56,084 nucleotides of DNA from a bacterium (GTDB lineage Bacteria; Bacteroidota; Ignavibacteria; UBA10030). A program made the translations under genes and the position numbers. Each line of letters begins with the position of its first letter. Position 1 is the first letter of the stretch. This document shows, in pieces, positions 49,034-56,084 of the stretch. The DNA is taken from assembly GCA_043803945.1 (NCBI GenBank), contig JAZDJN010000102.1, positions 1 through 56,084 on the forward strand, given 5' to 3'. The notes beneath the pieces were generated by a model, which made no database searches, was not told the DNA's origin, and was given only the letters and a program-made list of their open reading frames with translations.

Positions 49034-49080
49034 TAAAGAGGTTGAGAGGTGAAAGAAAACGATCTGCTTCTTCGAAGAGA

Positions 49081-50001
49081 TCAGCCGTCGATCAGAGCTG
49101 CAAAGTTCTCATAGAATATTTTCTTTGCATCGCCAATGGGAATGCGCATCTCACCGGCAAGCTTGGTCTGGTTGTCCACGATATCATAACGATACCCACG
49201 GGGGAACATCCCTGAATCTGATCCAAAGAGGATTCTTCCAGCGCCGAAGACCTGCAGTGCTTTTTGCAAGGTTGTTCGAAGGTCGGGGGTAGCCGGCGTG
49301 TTTGCCATCCATGAGTTGGATCCGGCAGTATCGACATACACATTAGGACATTGTTTCCCGACTTCAAGTGTTTCCTCAAATCGCCCCGCACCAAAATGTG
49401 GAATGATAAAGCGAATGGCGGAATATTTTTTTGCCACAGGGATCAAATCTTTGGGATTTGAGTATGCATCATTGACGACTGTTGGGATTCCTGCGTAATC
49501 ACGCGGCTTCATCACCAGTTTTCCGAACTGTGTAAAGACAATGGATCGAGAATCATGGCAGAGTTGAAAAAGGGATTCGAGCCATGGGTCGCTGACGCTG
49601 ATCTGGTAAAACGAGGGATAGAGAAGGATTCCTTTCAGTTTGTCCTGTTTCAAACGCCGCTCGGCGGTCTCCATCAGCAGATTCGAGTTGGGATCGACGG
49701 TGAACATACCCGCAAAGCGTGTGGGATACGCCTGAACAGCCTTGACGACAGAATCTTCATCGCCCGGTATGCTGGAAAACAACATCATCCGTTCGATCTT
49801 CCATTTATCGATTATTTCAATCCACCGCTTAGCGAGTTGATTGGGATCATCTCCTGGAATTTCAATATGCCCTTTTGCCGCGAGATTCCTTAATTCAGTA
49901 TTGATGTCCATTCGATTAAGCTTCTGCTTTACCAGATATCGGAAAAACTGGTTGGAGTAGTAATGGACATGGGCATCGAATATTTTATACAGACCAATCA
50001 T
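49081..50001 (-). CDS. Amidohydrolase 2 family protein
   Basis: DAHVH, PHFG, NVYVDT and RILFGSD motifs. Confidence 0.88.
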   Translation of the reverse strand: MIGLYKIFDAHVHYYSNQFFRYLVKQKLNRMDINTELRNLAAKGHIEIPGDDPNQLAKRWIEIIDKWKIERMMLFSSIPGDEDSVVKAVQAYPTRFAGMFTVDPNSNLLMETAERRLKQDKLKGILLYPSFYQISVSDPWLESLFQLCHDSRSIVFTQFGKLVMKPRDYAGIPTVVNDAYSNPKDLIPVAKKYSAIRFIIPHFGAGRFEETLEVGKQCPNVYVDTAGSNSWMANTPATPDLRTTLQKALQVFGAGRILFGSDSGMFPRGYRYDIVDNQTKLAGEMRIPIGDAKKIFYENFAALIDG

Positions 50002-50043
50002 TCAGATTTTGTTGAATTCTACCTTGCTCATCTGAGGATTCAA

Positions 50044-50883
50044 TTAATAGAGTTCAATCGGCTGCACGTTCGGAATAAGACCTCGATCCATACCGAGTTG
50101 GAATAAGAACTGCAGGGCAGCTTTGCCCTGCTCTCCCATATCAACAGTCAACTCACTGACGTACATCTTAACAAATTTTTCGCCCAAGTTCTCATCAATT
50201 CCACGTCCGTATTGCAGCGCATACGGGATGGCTTCCTTTTGATGTGTGTAACCGAAATGAATACTCTGCTTCAAGGCGTGCGACAGTTTTCGAGCGAGAT
50301 CTTCACCAAGATCTTTGCGGACAACATCAAGCCCTAAGGGCAAGGGCAAATTATTGTACCGCTCTTTCCACAACTCCCCAAAATCAAGAATCTTTTGGAA
50401 GCCCTGATCGCGGTAGGTGATCTGCCCTTCGTGAATCAGTAAACCGGCATCGAATTCACCGCTCTCTACACGCTCCATGATCTGATCAAAGGGAATATCG
50501 ACATTGTTGATCCCGTCTGTGAAGATTTTAAAGAGCAGGGATGCCGTTGTTAATTTTCCCGGGGTGGCAACAGTCTTTCCACGCAATTCGTCAAGGGTGC
50601 TGAAGCGTTTGGACACGATCACAGGCCCGTATCCTTCACCCATGCTTGCCCCTGTGGCCATAATCCAGTACTTATCAGAAACGTAGGCATAGGCATGGGC
50701 AGAGATGGCGGTCACTTCAAGCTCGCCGTTCATCGCTCGCTGGTTGAGGGTTTGGATATCCTCCAACTGATGTTGGATCACAATTCCTTCGAGTTTCACT
50801 TTGCCGCTTGACAGCCCGTAGAACATGAATGCATCATCAGGATCAGGGCTGTGACCAACACGGATTATTCTTTCAATTTCCAC
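50044..50883 (-). CDS. mqnD: 1,4-dihydroxy-6-naphthoate synthase (MqnD family)
   Basis: HSPD.DDAFMFY, DI.TLN, S.GEGYGP, PG..TTA, IHEGQ.TY, PLPLG and YV. Confidence 0.88.
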   Translation of the reverse strand: MEIERIIRVGHSPDPDDAFMFYGLSSGKVKLEGIVIQHQLEDIQTLNQRAMNGELEVTAISAHAYAYVSDKYWIMATGASMGEGYGPVIVSKRFSTLDELRGKTVATPGKLTTASLLFKIFTDGINNVDIPFDQIMERVESGEFDAGLLIHEGQITYRDQGFQKILDFGELWKERYNNLPLPLGLDVVRKDLGEDLARKLSHALKQSIHFGYTHQKEAIPYALQYGRGIDENLGEKFVKMYVSELTVDMGEQGKAALQFLFQLGMDRGLIPNVQPIELY

Positions 50884-51015
50884 AATTCACTCTTTCGTAA
50901 CTGCTCATTTAAATTCCACGAAGTCACACTAATATAAAATTTAAGACTTGGCTGAAATGCGCTGAGAGCTGAAGACTTAATTCCGTTCTTACTTTGTGAC
51001 TCTTAACATAGTTTC

Positions 51016-51759
51016 TTAGTGGCTACATATTTCTTTTGCTTTGGTTGCTTCATAAATTGTAACAATCCCAAATGTTAAGGGGTGTATTGCAATGCGAATA
51101 AATCCGGAGGATCGGACGATCTCCGCAAATCGTTCTCCATCAGGAAATTCGGCAACCGTCTCCGGCAGATACCGATAGGCATCCCGATTTCCCGAAATGA
51201 GGCCTCCAGCGAATGGAAGCCACCACCTGGAGTACAGAGTATAGGCTTTCGAAATAAAACGGTTTCTTGGATGGGAAAATTCTATTATGATGGCCGTCCC
51301 ATCCGGTTTCAGAATACGAGCCATCTCCGACAGCCCCTGTGTGAGGCTGGAAAAATTCCTTACCCCAAATGCCACCAGCGCTGCATCGAAGGATGCATCC
51401 GGAAACGGCAACTGTTCCGCTTGACCGGTTAGAAAGGAGATCAGAGAGACTAAATTCTTTTTCCTGATCTTCACTCTACCGATCTCGATCATCTTGCTCG
51501 ATGGATCAATGCCAATGATCTTTTGAGGGTTCAAGCGAACAGCGGCGAGCGCAAAATCGCCTGTTCCAGTTGCAACATCGAGTATTGTTTTCGGTCGTTT
51601 CTTGAGAAGAAGGCTAATCGCTTTTCTTCGCCAGAGGATGTCTAATCCCGAGCTAAGAAAATGATTCAGAAAATCGTACCGATGAGCAATGGTATCGAAC
51701 AGGGAACGAACATAGGAATGCTCGTATGATTTGCGCGTTCTAAGTTGATGATCCTCCAA
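51016..51759 (-). CDS. menG: Demethylmenaquinone methyltransferase UbiE/MenG
   Basis: F..IA.RYD.LN..LS.G.D..WR, LDVATGTGD, FGVRN and AY.YLP. Confidence 0.95.
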   Translation of the reverse strand: MEDHQLRTRKSYEHSYVRSLFDTIAHRYDFLNHFLSSGLDILWRRKAISLLLKKRPKTILDVATGTGDFALAAVRLNPQKIIGIDPSSKMIEIGRVKIRKKNLVSLISFLTGQAEQLPFPDASFDAALVAFGVRNFSSLTQGLSEMARILKPDGTAIIIEFSHPRNRFISKAYTLYSRWWLPFAGGLISGNRDAYRYLPETVAEFPDGERFAEIVRSSGFIRIAIHPLTFGIVTIYEATKAKEICSH

Positions 51760-51977
51760 TCGAGTTCAAACCGCTTCGTTAGTCATCGAATTTGAAATTT
51801 TCTGCAATAATATAATCAACGGTGGAAAGAATTCCAATCGTAAATACAGGGGTAATACACTTAGCAGATTTGTTGTTGAATTGTTGTTCTTCTGCGGGAT
51901 CATTTCGCTTTTTCGCAAAGGGGAGATATGGGGGATTGCGGGAACAATTTGGGACTGACCAAAAGGAAACTAGTACA

Positions 51978-52102
51978 CTAGCCCGAAGGCATCCCCGCCA
52001 GACTGCATGGCGCCTGTCTGCCGAAGCGGCAGCGCAGGCAGGGGCTGGTCGCCGAGGGAATTAGTGAAAATATTATGCTCGGCGAGGACGCCTTCGCACT
52101 AG
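51978..52102. repeat. REP/REPIN-like inverted repeat pair whose left arm is interrupted by nested palindromic inserts
   Basis: Left arm 51978-51994 joined to 52049-52056 matches the reverse complement of 52078-52102 at 22/25 nt; 54-bp insert at 51995-52048. Confidence 0.7.
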
Positions 52103-52323
52103 AAAATACTTCTTAGTCAACCCCAAGGGGGATTTGTCGATTGACTTCTCAATGAGATTTATCTGCGCATCCTGAAGAATCCCCCCAGGGGATTGTCCAA
52201 AATGCGGGATTGCGATAATTCATTGGATTGCGAACTCTTGAAGCTTGAAATTCGTCTGATATCTACTTTTGGGACAGCTCCAGAAAAATAAGTGAAAGTA
52301 GTAGGACTGCTAAACGAAGAGCA

Positions 52324-53559
52324 TTATTTCTTTTTAGTGTGCAGGGTCATATACCAATTCGGATTTATTGGAATGGTGACAACCGGTTTTGTTCCAATCA
52401 AGGTGCTATAATATTTCCAATTATGGTCTATAAATCTTGTTTGTATGCCGGATGAAACAGAAGAATAGAGTATAAGCAGCAGCGATGATATCATGAAAAT
52501 ATTTTTCCATAGTTCACGTTGGCTCAGCGAGAGTATCAACGACCAAGCAACCATAACATAAGGAACATAATAATATCTGCAGCCGCTGGGCATTGCCATG
52601 ATTTCTGGAGAAAACCTATACTTCATAATGACCGCTCCCAGTATTGCCGCTGATATAGTCAGAATCACAAATACTGTTTTGAAGACTCGCTTATCCTCTG
52701 GAGATTTTTTATAGGACAGGTATAGCAGAGTACTAAAAAAGGCGACGGTACTGATTCCTATAAATAGTGAGTTACTATACATCATTGAGCTCCCAAAGAA
52801 CAGCCCACCGAACAGTTTTCTTCCCATCATAGAAATGTAGAGTTCTAAATTGAATATGTTGCTTTCTCCTACATTTTCTATTATGGGAGCCATAGAGAAA
52901 AGTTGAATCAATACTCCACACGACGTGATGAATAGCAAGGTATATCCGTACGTCGTTTTGATGTTGTAGAATTTCCATGCAAAAAATGGAAACATCAAAA
53001 TCAGGAATGGCCCTGTGAGTCCTGCGAATGTGATTATGGTGATATCAGAGATGACTTGCAGCGTATAGTTTCCGTATTTTTTATTTGGAGCATCCTTGAG
53101 TAAGGATAGTAAAAGCAGTATGCAGAGTATCCATTGAAGATTTGTAATATTAAGAAACACTTCATTCAATGACTGTGGAACAAGCACAATTGAAAGAGCC
53201 AGGAGTGGTTTCAATGGCAATTGCAGTCTTGGTGAAAAACAATGAGCAATAACTATAATCGTGATAAAGAGGCTCGTGTAATTATATACCGCCGGTATAT
53301 TTGCGTATGAAAAGAACGTGTCGGCTAATAGTGCAATGAGTCTTGGAACAATATGAAGGTAGTTGGCATAGTCAATAAAGATTGCTCCGGCGCCCAATTC
53401 ATATTGCTGGGCAAAGAATACCGGCCCATCTTCCGCCCACAATTGTGGATTGGATAAGCAATCCGGTTTTCGGGCTATGAGGATAAGTATCGCAAGTACA
53501 ATGAACGCAATATTTTTATAGTTCTTAAGCATAGTATGTACGATAGATATTTTCTTCAC
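52324..53559 (-). CDS. Multi-pass membrane protein resembling GtrV/GtrX-like (GT-C) glycosyltransferases
   Basis: R.PD...PQLWAEDG..F and Y..YLH.VPRLIA motifs, TNLQW, GP and RY motifs; many hydrophobic segments; AT-rich; start may be ATG at 53532. Confidence 0.7.
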   Translation of the reverse strand: MKKISIVHTMLKNYKNIAFIVLAILILIARKPDCLSNPQLWAEDGPVFFAQQYELGAGAIFIDYANYLHIVPRLIALLADTFFSYANIPAVYNYTSLFITIIVIAHCFSPRLQLPLKPLLALSIVLVPQSLNEVFLNITNLQWILCILLLLSLLKDAPNKKYGNYTLQVISDITIITFAGLTGPFLILMFPFFAWKFYNIKTTYGYTLLFITSCGVLIQLFSMAPIIENVGESNIFNLELYISMMGRKLFGGLFFGSSMMYSNSLFIGISTVAFFSTLLYLSYKKSPEDKRVFKTVFVILTISAAILGAVIMKYRFSPEIMAMPSGCRYYYVPYVMVAWSLILSLSQRELWKNIFMISSLLLILYSSVSSGIQTRFIDHNWKYYSTLIGTKPVVTIPINPNWYMTLHTKKK

Positions 53560-53678
53560 GCAAGGGACTTGTCAGAATGTAAACATCCTTTCTGGTTTCA
53601 TCAAGAGCAACAATGTAAAGTTCTCTTCGGAGTTGAGAGGTTTGTTGTTCATCGAGTGAGTTGTCTTCTTACGGAAGG

Positions 53679-53707
53679 AGTGTAACAGGAGCACATCGAG
53701 GAGTCAA
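53679..53707 (-). promoter_or_regulatory. Sigma70-type promoter with extended -10 upstream of the GT-C-like gene
   Basis: Minus strand TTGACT-17 nt-TACACT preceded by TGt. Confidence 0.55.
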
Positions 53708-53799
53708 GATCGAAATGGATTGAAGCGAGTGATGCAACGATTGAAAGATAGTCTAAGGATCGAAAATAAGCTAACGCGAAGTGTACGGAAATTGATTAC

Positions 53800-54201
53800 T
53801 TATCTCGCAGTGACTTCAACACTATTTATCTTTGAGCAGGTCTCAGTTTTAAAGGAAAACGAAGTATTATTAGCAAGACTGCTTGCGATGGTTTTTGTAA
53901 GCGTATAAGGATTACCATCTGACTGTTCTGCGTATACCTTATAAGTTACATTAGTGACAGTCCTCCCCGTGTTATTGGTGGTTAAACAATTGTAGCCATA
54001 CCAAGTGGCTGAATTTGGTGGATTTTGGTCATAAAATTTCGAAACGATCGTTACAGGTAAGAAAATAGTAGAGGTTGATTTGGGTATCTGGCTTGTTGGT
54101 GAGGATGAATCATCTTTCTTGTCGCACGAACAAAACAAGAATGAAACAATTACCGCTGCGAATATGAGTTCTAACTTGATCATGGTAAAGATTTCCTGCA
54201 T
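53800..54201 (-). CDS. Hypothetical lipoprotein
   Basis: Hydrophobic signal with lipobox-like FCSC followed by DKKDDSSSPT linker. Confidence 0.7.
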   Translation of the reverse strand: MQEIFTMIKLELIFAAVIVSFLFCSCDKKDDSSSPTSQIPKSTSTIFLPVTIVSKFYDQNPPNSATWYGYNCLTTNNTGRTVTNVTYKVYAEQSDGNPYTLTKTIASSLANNTSFSFKTETCSKINSVEVTAR

Positions 54202-54253
54202 AGTAGCCTTGCGACTAAAAGTTGGTGCACCTCAAAGCATAAGTAGTTAGAGA

Positions 54254-54691
54254 CTACGAGAGATCATAACGCTGCAAGTAATCATCGATTTCCGAGTGAA
54301 ACAAATCGGGCAAAATACCGATAGTATCTTGGGACAAATGCACGTTTGTCCAATTGCCCTTCCTGTATTCAAACTTGTGCTCCTCAGGAATTTGACGAAG
54401 TGCGGGGTTATCATCCAAAAACCTTATGACAGGTACTGGCTGCTTCTGAGGATTCATCTCAATTGCACCCGCAAAGATCACTGGCCTGCTTCGAGCAACG
54501 TGTACGACGGAGAAATAGCGGGTACCCCGGTAAGCCAATGGAATGTCTGCATCGTTTCTTGTTCTGACGATGAGGTTTTGACGTGGGGTACCGACAGCGG
54601 CATCCAAGTGAGATACCAATGCTTGGAATAAATGAGGGGCAAGTTGATCGCCGTATACCCCCATAAGGTCTTGCATAGTGGAATTATCCAT
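54254..54691 (-). CDS. Hypothetical protein
   Basis: 145-aa ORF with AAGGAG RBS, co-oriented with neighbours. Confidence 0.7.
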   Translation of the reverse strand: MDNSTMQDLMGVYGDQLAPHLFQALVSHLDAAVGTPRQNLIVRTRNDADIPLAYRGTRYFSVVHVARSRPVIFAGAIEMNPQKQPVPVIRFLDDNPALRQIPEEHKFEYRKGNWTNVHLSQDTIGILPDLFHSEIDDYLQRYDLS

Positions 54692-54731
54692 AGGTCTCCT
54701 TCTGAAGAAATTGTAAATGAAGTCTTGATGG

Positions 54732-55253
54732 TCAATTCGATACGAGTTTGGCAGTGATTCCGTCTAAGACTTTTGCTTCGAGCTTGCCAGTGGATGAGCA
54801 GTTGACTTCTTTCTCGATAGCTCTGTCAGCCATAAAAGGTTGATAATTCCAGATGCCTCGAAAAGTGGTATTTACTTGTGCACTCGTTTGAGTTTCGGAT
54901 AGCTTCTTGACAAACACATTGAATTGAACGGTAAGCTTGAGTGTTTGGTAGTCATTGAGGCCACCAAGTTCACCACAATCAGCGTCGATCATGCTACCTT
55001 TTACCCATGATGGGCTGATCCAATATTCGGTGGCAATGAAGCCAGAACTCTTGTCCATATTCTTTATCGGTATGTTCTGTTCGGCGAAGTACTCGACGAC
55101 AGCAGACCAAACTTTATCCTGATCGCTCAGGAAAGTGCGCTTGTTCTCGAAACTATATTCCTTTGGGGGTTTAAAAGCCGAACACCCGAGCAAGGAAAAG
55201 ATCAAGAGAAAGAGTGCGATAAATGTGAGATTGGGTTGAAGGTGGTATTTCAT
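54732..55253 (-). CDS. Hypothetical outer-membrane lipoprotein
   Basis: LLGC lipobox; DKVW.AVV, DK.SGFIAT and C.STG.LE pattern; GGAG RBS. Confidence 0.75.
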   Translation of the reverse strand: MKYHLQPNLTFIALFLLIFSLLGCSAFKPPKEYSFENKRTFLSDQDKVWSAVVEYFAEQNIPIKNMDKSSGFIATEYWISPSWVKGSMIDADCGELGGLNDYQTLKLTVQFNVFVKKLSETQTSAQVNTTFRGIWNYQPFMADRAIEKEVNCSSTGKLEAKVLDGITAKLVSN

Positions 55254-55530
55254 TGTGCTTCTCCCGTGATATGATTGATGTGTGTTTTACAAAGTGCGTA
55301 CTGGCGTATAATATTGTAATTACTCAATTCTGTATTTCATTCATTCCAATCGGGCATCATGCATGAATTCATATATTATGCGTTTAGCACAAAAACCTCT
55401 TTCCTCGCTTCATAGCGAATCCAGAGGTTCTTCTTCACTTCCCGCCAACACGATCGACTAGATTCGCTTGGCAATATTTGTTGGGTTTAAATTACCATGC
55501 TTCAGGCAGTAAATCAACCTAGAAACAGTC

Positions 55531-55559
55531 TTGTTTTTTCAGCCTTATACATTTATATT
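55531..55559 (+). promoter_or_regulatory. Putative promoter of the tRNA gene
   Basis: TTGTTT-17 nt-TATATT about 50 nt upstream of the tRNA. Confidence 0.55.
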
Positions 55560-55560
55560 C

Positions 55561-55592
55561 AATCAGCAATCGGAAATCGTCAATCGACAATT
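55561..55592 (+). repeat. Short heptamer tandem repeat (AATCNNN)
   Basis: AATCAGC AATCGGA AATCGTC AATCGAC AATT. Confidence 0.6.
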
Positions 55593-55612
55593 ACATCGCT
55601 TAAACATGTTCC

Positions 55613-55686
55613 GGGCCCTTAGCTCAGTTGGTTAGAGCAGCAGACTCATAATCTGCGGGTCGCTGGTTCGAGCCCAGCAGGGCCCA
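55613..55686 (+). tRNA. tRNA-Ile2 (anticodon CAT, lysidine type); elongator Met not fully excluded; CCA not encoded
   Basis: Cloverleaf GGGCCCT/AGGGCCC, D-arm GCTC/GAGC, anticodon arm GCAGA-CTCATAA-TCTGC (CAT at 55647-55649), T-arm GCTGG-TTCGAGC-CCAGC; closely resembles the E. coli ileX sequence as recalled. Confidence 0.92.
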
Positions 55687-55688
55687 CA

Positions 55689-56084
55689 CTTTAATTATGG
55701 CGGGTCGCAGGTTCTGCGCCGACCTGTCCGCCGTCTTTTGGGCGGAAGGCGCATCAGCCTGTGGCTGAGAGCCCAGCAGGGCCCACACTTTAATTATGGC
55801 GGGTCGCTGGTTCTGCGCCGGCCTGTCCGCCGTTTTTTTGGCGGAAGGCGCATCAGCCTTTGGCTGAGAGCCCAGCAGGGCCCACACTTTAATTATGGCG
55901 GGTCACTGGTTCTGCGCCGACTTGTCCGCCGTCTTTTTGGCGGAAGGCGCATCAGCCTGTGGCTGAGAGCCCAGCAGGGCCCACACTTTAATTATGGCGG
56001 GTCGCAGGTTCTGCGCCGACCTGTCCGCCGTCTTTTGGGCGGAAGGCGCATCAGCCTGTGGCTGAGAGCCCAGCAGGGCCCACA
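55689..56084 (+). repeat. Tandem array of four 99-bp units, each containing the tRNA 3' portion interrupted in the T-loop by a 54-bp hairpin insert
   Basis: Units 55689-55787, 55788-55886, 55887-55985 and 55986-56084; units 1 and 4 identical; array reaches the window end. Confidence 0.95.

Noticed and set aside
51822-52064. 80-aa + strand ORF
   Set aside because: It runs through the palindromic repeats and has no recognisable protein features.
53760-55253. Integron cassette array
   Set aside because: No paired RYYYAAC/GTTRRRY attC palindromes found between the ORFs and no integron integrase.
55684-55700. Anticodon-arm-like CCACA-CTTTAAT-TATGG at each repeat junction (would read as UUA, ochre suppressor)
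   Set aside because: Only 4 of 5 pairs form, the 5' strand overlaps the preceding acceptor end, and there is no D-arm or 5' acceptor strand, so no complete tRNA can fold.
55624-55887. 87-aa minus-strand ORF with 33-aa repeats
   Set aside because: It is antisense to the tRNA and arises because the unit length is a multiple of 3; its C-terminus is simply the reverse-translated tRNA.
55689-56084. CRISPR array
   Set aside because: Units are near-identical over their full 99 bp with no unique spacers, and no cas genes are present.

Overview
Mostly a core-genome segment of a Gram-negative bacterium. An Ignavibacteria/Chlorobi-type Bacteroidota relative is inferred from gene content (DUF2795, HprK, ScpAB, futalosine pathway), not from a marker phylogeny. 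Positions 144-41089 are a dense + strand run of housekeeping genes (prmC, dtd, comEC, mtnA, recO, degP, aroC, trpS, scpAB, rluB, malQ, lysS, S41 protease, ybeY, topA, xerC, hpf, hprK, BamA/TamA family, holB, metG). Positions 41228-51759 hold a futalosine-type menaquinone cluster (mqnP/ubiA, ubiX, ubiD/mqnL, an mqnE-mqnA fusion, mqnC, mqnD, menG). It has no recognisable mqnB but contains a degenerate TIR-like-domain gene, a TonB-like membrane gene and an amidohydrolase. The last ~4 kb is accessory: nested mini-palindromic repeats, an orphan GtrV/GT-C-like membrane protein, three small orphan ORFs, and a tRNA-Ile2(CAT). The tRNA is followed by four 99-bp tandem repeats, each a copy of the tRNA 3' portion split exactly in the T-loop by a 54-bp nested-hairpin insert. 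That array runs to the window end and is the most unusual structure seen. All product calls come from recognising motifs by eye; no database searches were run.
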